Below, one piece after another: positions 1-15,745 of a DNA stretch of 64,000 nt. The notes beneath the pieces were generated by a model. That model saw only the letters and a list, made by a program, of their open reading frames with translations, ran no database searches and was not told the origin of the DNA. Positions within the stretch are counted from its first letter, which is position 1, and the number at the start of each line of letters is the position of its first letter. The DNA lies in the NCBI RefSeq assembly GCF_009914755.1, contig NC_060927.1. One strand, 5' to 3'. Made by a program: the position numbers and the translations under genes. This DNA is from the human T2T-CHM13v2.0 reference genome, Homo sapiens.

Positions 1-103
1 CCCAGGTAGAGGCGTCTCCTCCCTAGGTCTCCACGTGAGGACTTAGGAATTTCTTCTCATAGAACAGTCTTGTCCTCTTTAATTTTCTTGGGAAGATTTC
101 TTA

Positions 104-431
<328 letters not shown>

Positions 432-2598
432 ATTATCTGCCTAATCAAAAAGATAGCCTCATCGAGTGTACAAACCTCAAGTACAATATATTATAGAGCT
501 TAGCCTGGTCCAGCTTACCAGATAAACCAATCCAGGCTCTTTTTTGACAGGCTCTTTCTGAATTTGATTTTTCTTCCTAAGACTATCTTATTCCAACCAG
601 CCTAAGTTAGAATTCACTCTCTGAAGCTCCTGGCCACCAAAGGAGCAAAATCCTTTTTCTCATTATCCAGATCCCAGCCCTACTTAAGGTAAGCCACAAT
701 GGCAGGTTCTCTAGATACCCACACTTTTTTCTAGCTTATTCTGTTAAGCCATCATTAATAAACGCGTTCCCTTACATAAAGCATGCTTTCTTGGATTCCA
801 ACTCTCTCCATTGTGTAGCTGGATCTTGGTTGCTCTTCATTTAGCCTACACACATAGCCCATGCTCTCCTACTATTCATTTAGTTCTTTTAAGCTCCCGA
901 CTTCAGTCAGAATACTTGTCTGAACCCACTAACAAAGCATCAAGATATGGGAACAGAAACAATATAAGCAAACCTACAACAGAGAATTTGTTTACAATTC
1001 CCTTACATTGTGGTAAGGTACAAGATCAAGGTATTCCCTGACTCCGCCCCCTGCCCATTCTGAAATTACACCTGTTTTCTCATTAAGTGAGAAACCTGCC
1101 TTACAAATGAACCTCACAGCAAAGGACCTTGGCCGATATGGGAATTTCCTCAGTCAATCACACCATTTACATGAGAAAAAGAATGGATTGTTTTTTTACT
1201 CACTAAAGGTACTCTCCATGTCTGTTACTCAGTATGCCACACTGCACCTACATGCTTAGTGACACCTATTAATTAAAAAAACTGTCATGTTTGCCAGATT
1301 TAACTTTCCCAATGTTAATGTTTAACACCAGAACTTCAACTTTGACCAAATTACAGAATTCATCTCCAGAGAAACCTGGCTTTCTGAAGCAAATGATCTT
1401 TATGAACCATGCTGAGTGTCATAATATCTGAAAGGAAGTTTCTATAGAAGCATTCTGAAATAAGTGTTACCAGCACACCCTATTAAAATATGTTTATTAA
1501 TGGGCCAAATATTTATGAATGATGAGAACATCACTGCTTAAGTTAATAGCAATCCCAAAGCAAGAATCATATTATTCTATGAAACCAGGCTCTTCAGGAT
1601 ATCAGACAACACACTTATACAGTTTCATACCTCATCTCAAGTTTAACTTTCAAATTACATTTTCACTTGCTGTGATCTTTTTAAACATGAGGACAAGCCT
1701 AAAGCAAGCTCACTCATTGTCTCCCTTGCTTCCCCACTGCACATAAGACTGGTCACAAAACTTCCTTTATGTTCAGTAGGCTATATATTCTAATTAGATA
1801 CTTCTTTCACTTATTCTTCTTATCAAGTTTTCATTGACTCATTCCCTTATTTTCATACCAAGCTTCATCTCCTCTTCTAAAAGCAAAGAGCCATTCTTTA
1901 AAAAAAAAAAAAAATCTTTCAAATGAGCTATACAGAAAAAATTCACTGGTGAATACATCACTTTAAAACTTTAAAAATCATTCTTAATAGTAAGATAAAT
2001 AATTTTATAGCCATATGTAATTATATTTAAACTAGATAAGGTCTCTATTTTGCCTTATGAGTCCTAAGCAAATTTTTTCCTTTTAGGAGACACTACTACT
2101 AATGAAGCCCTCAATCTGACCCTCAGTATAAGTGTAATATTTCATCTTTTCCTTTCCACAGATATTTATGACTTTATGTTACTTCATATAACCAGAGAGG
2201 AAATATTATTTGTATATTTAAAAAATTTTGTAGATAGGTGGTATCTTAAGAAAAAAAAAGGAGGGAGGAAGGACCTTCTAAGATCATAAATCCTAAGAAT
2301 ATTTCTCATTAGACAATGACAGAGCCAGGGTTAAACTAGGCATGGACAGAATGATGCCATCTCTCATGATAAGGTCCTCCAACAAAGGTAGTTCCTATTG
2401 CTGTTAAGGGTCTGTGTTTCTGTTCTATGGACTAATCCAAACAAACTCTAACTGCTTGTAAGGAATGTGTTTCCAGAACTGTTAGTGGTTTCCAACCACT
2501 AGGTAAAAATACTAATCCAGTGACCAAGGAACACCCTTTTCTTAAATGCACTGACATTTTAAGACTCAAAATTTCACCATCACCACCAGAGATCTTAC

Positions 2599-2678
2599 CT
2601 AAGATTTCAAGTAGATCATTAGTAAATGCCTGAAATGCTGGGAAAAATTCCTCGTGTTCTTCCAATTTGTAGATAATG
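2599..2678 (-). CDS. CEP70: CEP70 penultimate coding exon, 80 bp, phase 2 to 1: [26 protein letters not shown](E)
   Basis: Within ORF 2432..2695; acceptor aaacag|C; donor G|gtaaga. Confidence 0.93.
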
Positions 2679-2875
2679 CTGTTTAAAAAATGCACAATTT
2701 AAACCTGATTTCTAACTTTGGGTTCTTGCATCTGATTGCAAACAGAACATTTTCAAAATAGAAACTATATTGCTAATTTAAATATAAACTTAATGATCAT
2801 TTACTACAGTCTTTTCTGAGCTTTTTGTTAATCCAATATCACTTTTCTTAAAAAAGCATTTCAATATCAATGTAA

Positions 2876-3198
<323 letters not shown>

Positions 3199-3328
3199 AT
3201 ATACAACATTCTTAACATGGCAAATTTCCCATTAAGCTCAAGGCTTCTTAGATCATGCTTTTACAGCATTTTCTAAAAATAATTGGCTTTTACACCCAGT
3301 ATCCTATTAAACATTAAGAAAAAATATC

Positions 3329-3641
<313 letters not shown>

Positions 3642-4202
3642 TCAGTAGTCAGTAAAACTGTGGGAAGGAAGAAATAGGCCAATAGCAAGATATATGTTCC
3701 TTTTAAAAGCACCAAGTGTCAGATTATGTAAGGGTTCTTCTAGGAAAACTTGCAAAACATATGGTTTATGTGGTATATATTGTGTGTTTCCCTTCACATA
3801 TGCTGTAATATAAAATTGGGGGTCAGGTGTGGGGAAAGTTGCTTTAACTATAGCTACAATGTCTTGATATTTTCTAAAAATACCAGCTTTTATGTTATAG
3901 ATGCCTAGTCTTTTAAAAACTCCTCAACATTTATCTTCTAATCAAATAAATATACTATTAATGATTATTCAGTGGTCTATGGTAGTGTCCTAAAAATAGA
4001 ACTTATTGATATAATCAGAACTTACATGATGTTGCTAACAAGGTTTGAATTTCTCCATATATAATATTTCCTGAAAACAGGCTTATGCTGAAGAGTACCT
4101 GACCTTCTTTATAGGCCTTACAATCTATTTTTATCTTGAAAATATTTGGCATTTCCTCCATCCCTAAGGGTTTGAGATTATCTTAGATTGTCAAGTTACT
4201 TA

Positions 4203-4505
<303 letters not shown>

Positions 4506-4511
4506 TTATTT

Positions 4512-4643
4512 TAATTTTTATTGTTTAGAGACAGGGTCTCACTGCCTTGCTCAGACTGGACTTAAACTCCTGGGTTCAAGTGATCCTCCCACATCAGCCT
4601 CCCAAGTAGCTGGGACTACAGGCGTGTGCCACCACACCCAGCC
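4512..4643 (-). mobile_element. Alu monomer (FLAM-like)
   Basis: About 130 bp of antisense Alu monomer with a degenerate tail. Confidence 0.8.
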
Positions 4644-4681
4644 ATTCTGGATGATACTTTGTAAACTTTTAAAACAAATAC

Positions 4682-4796
4682 CTCTGGAGGTCTTCAGGTC
4701 CTAATACCTGCATAACCTGCTCACTCACATCTTCATTAATCAGCCTACAGAGTTTTCCAACAGTGCTTACTAGCACACACAATGAGGATGAACTAT
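4682..4796 (-). CDS. CEP70: CEP70 coding exon, 115 bp, phase 1 to 2: [37 protein letters not shown](S)
   Basis: Acceptor ttttgcag|AT; donor AG|gtattt. Confidence 0.94.
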
Positions 4797-4970
4797 CTGC
4801 AAAAGAGAAATAAAAGGATATTTTAACAGAGAATTTCCAAAATTACATACATCAAACATTTTATGCTTCAGTTATCCTCAATTTTTCACTTAAACATTTT
4901 TTAATCTACTTTTTGTTAATTTATTAAAAATTCTTAAATGGGGGCCCAAAATGACAAATTAGGTCATCAC

Positions 4971-5139
4971 CTAATTCTAAGAGTTCTTGGAGGTTTCTCA
5001 CAGCATTGTTCATTTCTCCAAGCCTAGTATAAACTTCATTCATTCGGGGATAGACTCCATTTAAAGAAGGCACATCAAATAACTTTTGGAAGTGAGAAAC
5101 AATAGCTTGCAAAGTTTGAAAGTGTGGCATATTGCTGTC
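4971..5139 (-). CDS. CEP70: CEP70 coding exon, 169 bp, phase 0 to 1: [56 protein letters not shown](D)
   Basis: Overlaps ORF 4924..5130; acceptor ggacag|GAC; donor G|gtgatg. Confidence 0.95.
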
Positions 5140-5306
5140 CTGTCCAAAAAAGAGGTAAAAAAGAAAGAGTTCATTATCTTAAAATAATCCCAAATAAAAA
5201 CTTTTAAAAGACAAATAGAACTCTAGTAGAACAAATATCAATATCCACAATTTATCAGTTTTTGAGATAAGAAACATTAGAAGGTGACCGTTCATGTAGG
5301 TATTAC

Positions 5307-5453
5307 CTTTTCCTTATTTTCAACTTCTTCCAGCATAGTATCTACTATAAACAACAAATCTTCAACTTTGATACCTTCATTTTCATCCTGCTTCTTCAAA
5401 TTAAGCCAAGGTACCAGTTCTGCAGATAGTGTTTTCAAGGACTTATACAAATC
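5307..5453 (-). CDS. CEP70: CEP70 coding exon, 147 bp, phase 0 to 0: [16 protein letters not shown]...[10 protein letters not shown]
   Basis: Acceptor ataaag|GAT; donor AAG|gtaata. Confidence 0.94.
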
Positions 5454-5844
5454 CTTTATAACAAAAGAAACTATATGGTATTATTGATTTAAATAATTTC
5501 TATAGTAACATAATAGAACATAATTAGTAAAATTATAAGTTTTATATATTATATGTTTTATAAAATTAATAAAACATAATTACACAGGTTAAAAAAATAT
5601 ATATGTAACCATCATTTTTTTTAAATAAAAATACTACTACCAATTTAGAACAAGTCAGTTAAAATTAGGTTTCTCCAGGTAAACACAGGCTTTACAGAAA
5701 ACATTATATATTGATTATTCTGAATCTGAGTGCTCTAAGTAATTTTATGTTATTTATTATTGTTCCATAATATTTCATTATTTTGAATTGTTGATACACA
5801 AAGAATAAACTTGCCCTTGAATTTTGGTTTTGAATATGTTATAT

Positions 5845-6190
5845 AACAGCTTTATTGAGATGTAATTCATATACCATAAAATTTACCCTAAGTATACAAT
5901 TCAGTAGTTTTAATATTTTCACACATGTACAAACATCAGCACTATCCAATTTCAGAACATATTCATTACTCCAAAAAGAAATCTCAGACCCACTAAGAGT
6001 CCTTCCTTCCCCATTTTCCCTTCCCTGCAGCTCCTAGGGTTAATCTCTAAACTATTTTCTGTTTCTATGGATTTGCCTATTCTAGGCATTTTGCATAAAG
6101 GGAATTATACAATAAGTAGTCTTTTATGAATGACGTCTCTCACTTAGCATAATGTTTTTAAGATTTATCCATGTTATAACATGTATCTCC
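5845..6190 (-). mobile_element. Old L1M 3'-end fragment
   Basis: AACAGCTTTATTGAGAT...CACTTAGCATAATGTTTT, typical of an antisense L1M 3' end. Confidence 0.6.
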
Positions 6191-6354
6191 AGGCAAGTTT
6201 TTAATGTGAAAGGTTCCCTAAATGTATTCTACATTATAATACTCCACTTAGTTTTCTTGGCCTAGTTGTGGTGCCCTAATTGATTTTAAACTGTGCACAA
6301 TGGGCAAGGCTACTGAAAGTTTAGAGCTCTAGACTGATCAATCGACAAATATTT

Positions 6355-6575
6355 AGAATTCCTAGTCCGAAAATCTGAAATGCTCCAAAATCTGAAACTC
6401 TGAGCAACAACAGGACACTCAAAAGAAATGCTCATTGGAGCATTCTGAATTTCGGATTTTTGGATCAGTGATGCTCAAATGGCATATATTCTGCAAATAC
6501 TCCAAAATCTGAAAAAATTCTTAATCAAAATACTTCTAGGCCCAAGCACTGTGGATAAGGGATACTCAATCCATA
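6355..6575. mobile_element. Tigger4/MER46-like MITE
   Basis: AAAATCTGAAATGCTCCAAAATCTGAAAC...GGATAAGGGATACTCAA with internal inverted repeats. Confidence 0.65.
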
Positions 6576-6602
6576 TGTGTATGGCACAGCGCTTGGTCCT
6601 TT

Positions 6603-6910
6603 AGAACAACGCTGTCCAAAAGAAATGTAATGTGAGCCACAGTAATTTTAAGTTGTCTAGGGCCATAGTATGGAAAGTGAAAAGAAACATGTGATATTAA
6701 CTGTACTAGTATATTTTATTTAACCCAATATATCCAAAATATTATCATTTCAATATAAAATCAATTATTTTAATTTTTCCCATACAAAGTCTTCTAAATC
6801 CAGTGTATATTTTACACTTATAACACATCTGAATTAGGACTAGCCACCTTTCAAGTGATCAATAACCACATGCAGCTAGAGGCTACCATACTAGACAGCA
6901 CAGCTCTAGA
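6603..6910. mobile_element. MER33/MER3-like hAT-Charlie element
   Basis: Termini AGAACAACGCTGTCCAA and CTAGACAGCACAGCTCTA. Confidence 0.6.
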
Positions 6911-7589
6911 GAACAGAAAGAAGTACAAGAAGTTCCTCCTTTTTCTAACTTATTTTAGTACTTCACTTGACACTCTCCACTTAAGGCTCAGACTTCACAT
7001 ATTGGTATCTTTAACCTTTCAATTGGTAGGAAGGCAGTTACTATTTTAGTAATTCATAGCAATAAATTCCATGTCAAATGAATGTTTTACAATCAATGCC
7101 ACTAGAATTTGAAAAAAAAAAAGTCAGCAAGTAACAGCATAATGATACCTTTATTAACCAATGCTCCAGGAACAAGGCACATTTATAAAGTAATCTATGG
7201 TAAAAAGCATACCCAATCTAATACATTTTTGCTTCAGAATAAAAGAGTATTACAAAGCTAAGAAGAAAAGATGTTCTGGTCTCCTAAGCAGTGACAGGAT
7301 GGTTGTAGCACAGTCCATCAAGTAAGCTCTGAAAAATATAAGAGGGTCTCCTAGGTTCTTTACATTGCCCAGTTGTGGAGATGTAGAAGTACTACCATGA
7401 GCCAGCCTACCGTGTACGTCTGGCCTCTGAAGCACTGGAGAATAGCAAAGCAAAAGTATTCAAGAGTGTACTGGGTTGGGGAAAGCTACAACATCTGTAG
7501 TTCACCTTTCTTGGAAAGGCAGGAGGGAAAAGACACAAGGCTGGAGGCAGCTGGCTCCATGTCTTTCCCAGCCTTCTTTTCTTCCAATT

Positions 7590-7990
7590 TTTAAAACTAG
7601 TAAAATACCCATAAAATTCACCATCTTAACAATTTTTAAATGTAAGTTCAGTGTTAATATGTTCATAATGTTGTGCAACCAACATCACCATCCATCTCCA
7701 TAATTCTTTTCATCTTGTAACACTGAAACTTTATACCCATTAAACAATAACTTCCCATTTCCCTCCTCCCTCTAGCCATCACCACTCTACTTTGTCTCTA
7801 TGATTTTCACTAAGTATCTCATACAAGTGGAATCATATAAGTGGAATCTTCTTGTGACTGACTTATTTCACTTAGCATAATGTCCTCATAATGTTCACCC
7901 ATGTTGCAAGGGTCAGAATTTCTTTCCTTTTAATGGCTGAATAATATTGCAATATATGTATATACCACATTTTGCTTATCCATTCATCCC
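7590..7990 (-). mobile_element. Old L1M 3'-end fragment
   Basis: AAATTCACCATCTTAAC...CTTATTTCACTTAGCATAATGTCCTC...ATCCATTCATC. Confidence 0.65.
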
Positions 7991-9865
7991 TCAAACCTAT
8001 CTTACTCTTTAAAGCCAAATTTAACCTGAGGGAAAAAACTAATCTGGGAAGATGGTTGTCCCAAACTTAGAGGTTGCTACATATCAAATAACCTTTGATA
8101 TGAGGCCTCAGAGAATCTCATGTAGTTTCTTAATTTGGACCCTGAAACTGTAGTATTAATATCTGAAGCACTGCTCAAAATCCATGAGTTACTCCAATGG
8201 CAGAAGTAACTAATTCTTAATAATTTCTTCTTGGGTGTCCTCAGAATATTCTAATTATAAAGCGAATTCCTTGCCTCCTCCTCCTCCTCAGAAAACCATA
8301 CAATAGCAAGAACTCACCACCATGGCAAAGCCCTTCTTGGGGGCTACAATCAGAGTGTTCTCTTTCTCCTCCAGACTCTAGAGCACAAGTTATCTGCATC
8401 ATTCACTCAGAACTTCAACCGGTAATCTATTTTTATGTCACTCATTTCCTTTAACGATATAAATGATTACATTTTGTTTCATATTTTTTAGTATATTTTG
8501 TCTAATTAGTCTGAATCTTGTGTTCATCCCATAATGGCTTAGCATGATAAACGATCAATAACTATCCATTAGTGTGATTCTTCCCTTTGTCTTCTTCCTC
8601 TTCTAGTCTTTTCTTCTAGGAAGGCTAGGGCTTTTTCTAGTCCATCCCTTCTGAGATGAAGAAAGGTGGAGTCAGCACTGTTTCCTCCTACTGGGAGAAC
8701 CCTCTGACAGGCAGTGATTGAGGAAATACCATGATTTACACTATTACTAATTATTTTACACTCTTCTGAGATACAGACTGGAGGAACTCCGGTCTATAAA
8801 GTAAGTATATTAATCTAGCACTGTCACTCAATCAAAATGTTTATGTATTGTATAGCTCTGTCTGAGCCCTATATAAAAAGGGAAGTCGAAATTTAAAAAA
8901 AATTAACATCACCACCCCCAATTTTGTTGTCTTGGAATATAATATTCTGCTTCATTCCTTTTAACAAATATTAATTGAGCACTCATTCATCAGGAGGATC
9001 TTGGGGACATATCAGAACAAATAAAAACACTGTCTTCATGGAGCTTATACATTCTTAACAGATATCTTCTGCATCATTTGTACTTCATGTAATAAGACTT
9101 ATGTTGCAAACACTGTTATTGAATCACATTTTCATTAACAGGCATATGCTATGTATTATATTAGTTACTAATAAATCTAAAGTGTAAAGGGCAAAGAAGT
9201 TAAATACTACTGATTTCAACTATTTACCTTTCAGCAAACTAGTTAACAAAAACTGAAAAAACCTGAAGCTATGCAATAAATACACAATAACTCTATAAAT
9301 AAAATGTGGTCTTCCATGAAGAGATAGGATAGGGAAGGGTAGCGTTGGCTGCTAGCTTACTATCTGTTCTAGAGAATAAGCAGAAATGGAGATAAGCTCA
9401 GTTCTGAGAGACAGAAAATAAAGTGTGAAGAGAGAGAAAATATCCCCAATTATAATAAAATGAAGGATAAGACATTATATCTGAAGAGGGATAAGGGCCA
9501 GGAAAATCGCAGCATGGAGATATGAAAAGGAGGCAGATGAAGGTAGAACAGGGAAGGGCCTAGAAGTACAAAGTGGATCCACTATAGATTTTCAATAAGG
9601 AAACTAACCCCAAAATTTCTTGTTTGGTAGAATCTTAGAGGAGGTAAAGCTTACAGTAATGACAACATCAAATAGACAGTACCTAAAATAGATATGTAAG
9701 TAGGAAGATTTCGGTTTTAGATAATAAGCTTTTTTAGCTTTAGAGTTAACACACAAACAAAAAAATTAAACCCTATTTAATTTTTAGCCCTGAATTAAGT
9801 CCTATTAATAAAGCACATAGAGTCCAATAGATGTTCAAAGCATATAATCATAGTCAACCCCTTAC

Positions 9866-10036
9866 CTTTAAGGATGTCAGTTGATCTGCCCACATTTCTA
9901 TTACAGGAACAAGATGCTCAAATCCACAATCTTGAACAAGATCTTTATTAAAATTTTGGACTCCCCCTTTGGTCTGTTTATAAATTATTACTGGAGCTCT
10001 TGGATTGTGGATAATTGAATTGATGCTACACAGCAC
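9866..10036 (-). CDS. CEP70: CEP70 coding exon, 171 bp, phase 0 to 0: [16 protein letters not shown]...[11 protein letters not shown]
   Basis: Within ORF 9854..10036; acceptor tttaaag|GTG; donor AAG|gtaagg. Confidence 0.95.
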
Positions 10037-10149
10037 CTTTAAAAAAACATAGTGTATATAGTCAAAATATTTATCCTATGCCTACAAAGTTATATATTTT
10101 AAAGGAGTGCTTTATGTCTATATATATTATATACACATATTTCATTAAA

Positions 10150-10581
10150 TATACAAAGAAAATTATCATAAGGAATTGGCTCATGCAATTATGAAGACTG
10201 ACAAGTCCCAAGATCTGCAGTGAGTAAGCGAAGACCCAGAAAAGGTAATGGGTATTTGCAGTCCAAATGCAGGCAGACTGAGACCCCTGCAAGTGCTAAT
10301 GTTTCAGTTTGAGTCTGAAGGCAAGAAAAAAACCAGTGTCCCATCTTGAAAGCAGTCAGGGAGGAGGAGCTCCCTCTTATTCAGCCTTTTGTTCTACTCA
10401 GGGCTTTGAATCATTGGATGAGGCCCACCCCATTAGGAAAGGCAGTCTGATTTACTAAAGTCTACTGATTCGGATGTCAATCTCATCCAGAAGCACCTTC
10501 CCAGACACATCCAGAATAATGTTTAACCAAGTATCGGGCATCCTATGCCGCAGTAAAGTTGAAACAAAATTAACTATTACA
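10150..10581 (-). mobile_element. MLT2-type ERVL LTR
   Basis: AAGGAATTGGCTCATGCAATTATG...AAGTCCCAAGATCTGCAG...AAAATTAACTATTACA. Confidence 0.65.
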
Positions 10582-10771
10582 AACACTACCTAGGTTCAAA
10601 AATTGTTAGTATTTTGCCATATTTGCTCACTATCTATATTTTTAGGTGAACCATTTGAAGAAACTCTTCACCCTCAAATAATAAAGCATGCATCTTTTAA
10701 AAGTAGGCATATTCTCCTACAAACTCACAAGAACATTATCAGACTATTTAAGGAAATTAACAGCAATCCCC

Positions 10772-10918
10772 AGGCTGAGTGTGGTGGCTCATGCCTGTAA
10801 TCCCAGCACTTTGGGAGGTTGAGGCAGGAGGATCACTTGAGCCCAGGAATTCAAGGCTGCAGTGAGCTATGATAATGCACTTCAGCCTGGGCAACAGAGC
10901 AAGACCCTGTCTCCAAAA
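10772..10918 (+). mobile_element. Alu monomer or internally deleted Alu
   Basis: Left-arm start joined directly to right-arm end. Confidence 0.75.
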
Positions 10919-11324
10919 ATAATATCATTGATGCCTGGATTGAATTTTAGGTATCTTAATATATTAAGATAGTATACTATTTGACTATAACCCTCTCCCC
11001 ATAAGTGATGGGTTCTACCTTACATATCATCCGAGGAAAAAAAGGGAGACCTCAAAAAGCATGTTTAAAGAGAGAAGAATAAAGCCATTTCCTATTACCA
11101 CCATCAAGTTCAGCCTATTTAATAAAAAGTTTCACAATATAAAGATAGCATTTTGCTCTTGAATCTTTGTCCCTGGTCATACTTCAAGATATAACTAATA
11201 GGCCTCCTGGTAATATGACTTAAGATGTTTATTACTTCAGATGTTTATTTAGAAGCTTTTTAAGTCCAAATTAGTATAATTCAATATTTCACTTCAAATT
11301 GATGTATGTATATTTGTTTTATAT

Positions 11325-11613
11325 ATTTATTTGACAGAGTCTCACTCTGCAGCCTAAGATGGAGTGCAGTGGTGTGAACGGAGCTCACTGCAGCGTTGAA
11401 TTCCTGGGCTCAAGTGATCTTCCCATGTCAACCTCTCAAGTGCTAGGACTACAGGCACAAGCCACCATGCCCAGCTAATTAAATTTTTTTTTTTCTAGAG
11501 ATGTGGTCTCACTATATTGCCCAGGCTGGTCTCAAACTCCTGCCCTCTAGCAATCCTCCTGCCTCGGTCACCCAAAGTGTTAAGATTACAGGCATGAGCC
11601 ACCATACCCGGCT
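11325..11613 (-). mobile_element. AluJ
   Basis: Diverged antisense dimer. Confidence 0.85.
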
Positions 11614-13009
11614 TGAATTCCCCTTTTAAAGGACAAAGCCTCTCAAATTGAGTCTCAGAAACAAAATGAAATCCAGTTATATACTGGTACAAGAAAGTCT
11701 AAAACAAAACAGTTTTCAGAAAGGTGCTTGGTTCCCATTTACAATAGCAATAAAAGTTATAAAATACCTAGGAAATAACAAGGTATTTCCTAACAAGAAA
11801 TATGCAAGAGCTAAATTTAAAAATACACAACACTTTATTGAAGACTATAAAAGATGACCCTGATGAAAGTACATATTTCTGAATGTGATGATTCAAAAAG
11901 GTTAAGGTGTCATTTCTCCAAATATTAATCTATAAAGTCAATTCAATTTTAGTTCATCTCAATGAGATTTATTTTTTAATTTGAAAAACTGTTCATCCAG
12001 AAGAATAAATGTGCTAAAAATATAGCCAATAAAAAAAATTTTTTTAATGATAGGATACTTGCCTCAAAGGCTATTAAAACTTTTAACTATAGAAATTAAA
12101 ATATGGAAATAGTTGAGAAATGCAACAGACTAGAGAATCTAAAAACAAATCTGTGCATATAAATGAATATGATCTATGATAAAATGTTATTTCAATAAAG
12201 TAGAGAAAAAAGTAGCGTATTAGAGACTGCAAACACAAATGCCCAGAGAATTCAGGTACGAGTATAAATGAGTGACGTAAGGATGAATAGGGACTGCTAA
12301 CTATAGAACACATGCTCATATCTGACAAGGGAAAGGCCTAATTCTGCTGTGATAATAACCATGCAGGAATTTGTTGCCAGATCTTCTGACTTTTTAGGAG
12401 AAGTTAGAAATAGCAGCCTAGAAAAAATAAAATATCTTAATTTTTAAAAAAATGAATAATCTAAAACTTAAAAATCTTATGTGTACCCAATAAAATGTGA
12501 GTGAAAGTCCAGTTCAGTCACTAAACTACCAGGTTTAACTGCTCAGCTATTCAATAAATGATCTATAAAACTAGGAAGGTGAGATTCCCTATATCACACC
12601 ATATAGAAAATTAAATTTCAGATGAACTAAGGTCTCTAAACAAAAACAAAAGCCATACAAGGACCCTAAGAAAATAGATTTACTTAATAATAATGGTAAC
12701 AACAGAAACAATACGAGGGAAAATGGCTTACATGGGGAAAGTAGGGAAAAGGATTATAGAATCTTTTAAAAATCATAAAGCTCTTTACTAACCTCCTTTG
12801 AACTAGGCCAGAGTCTCTTTTAAGTAGTAAGACGAATTCTACAATGTTTTTAGTCAAATAGTTATGTCACGGAAAGACAAGACAGAATAAGTACACATAA
12901 ATATGAGGTGCAAGTATTCCTTACCAACTGATAATTTATTACACCACAACTGATAACCAAGATTCATGACAAACATCAGTCTTTTTGTCATGAAAAATCA
13001 ATTCAATAC

Positions 13010-13115
13010 CTGAAAGTATCTCTGGTCAATTAGGGCCTGTTGCTGATTATATTTGCTGGGCTCATCTTTCTTCTCTGTGTCCTCAGCCTTCTTATGATTA
13101 ATAAGCTCCTGTAAT
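13010..13115 (-). CDS. CEP70: CEP70 coding exon, 106 bp, phase 2 to 0: [35 protein letters not shown]
   Basis: Strong pyrimidine tract with tttag|A; donor CAG|gtattg. Confidence 0.94.
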
Positions 13116-13185
13116 CTAAAAGGGGGAAAAAAATCAAGATAATACAAAATTACTTCCTAGACACTGGACCAAGATGATAAACTAA

Positions 13186-13603
<418 letters not shown>

Positions 13604-14149
13604 AGAGTTTAAAATTTTTTAAATCATATTGTCACTGGAAAACTAGAAGGCCCTCTCAATAAATCGCAAATTAGAAGGAATCTCTGAAGACAGAAGAGAT
13701 CAGATTGAAGAAGAAAGTTCTAACCACCCCCCAGCACCCACAAAAGACAGCACAAGAGAGAAATACAACAAAGGATGGAAGCGACTTCCATCCAACGTGC
13801 TCCAAGATCACAGACTACAGATAAAGGGAGCAGGAAGCATGGGAAGGGCCACTGGTTTGGGTACTGTAGCAGGAACAGCTAGACGTTTGGTCCCTCTCTC
13901 TTTGTATTCTACCAGTGGCAAAGAACAGAAAATGGCAATGCCTGGGCCAGTCAAGAGGGCGTGGAGATCCAACAGACCATTATTCCAGGTGGCTACTAGA
14001 ATGCTAGGGGAAAGGAGAGTCTCTTCACCCAGAAATACAACTATGTATAAGTGTATCCACCTAGTAGTAAACACTTGTCCTTCTCCAAATATCTAGAAGA
14101 CAGGCTGTAATAATCTTTCTTCTCCCTCCTCATGGCTTTGAAAACAGTA

Positions 14150-15058
<909 letters not shown>

Positions 15059-15195
15059 CTAGCCCAAGGATATTAGATTTAGCACATAAAAAAATGAGAA
15101 ATCATTGATTGTTTTTCAACAGGAAAATGACATGATGGAGTTTTACTATTCTATTTTACAAACAGCAGGCAGAGCGCATCGTTAATGAGTCATAG

Positions 15196-15745
<550 letters not shown>

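Noticed and set aside
5284-5487. Plus-strand 67-aa ORF
   Set aside because: Antisense shadow of the CEP70 exon at 5307-5453.
13797-14096. Overlapping 99-aa (+) and 88-aa (-) ORFs in non-Alu sequence
   Set aside because: No recognisable homology, and no splice signals that I could fit to the CEP70 frame.
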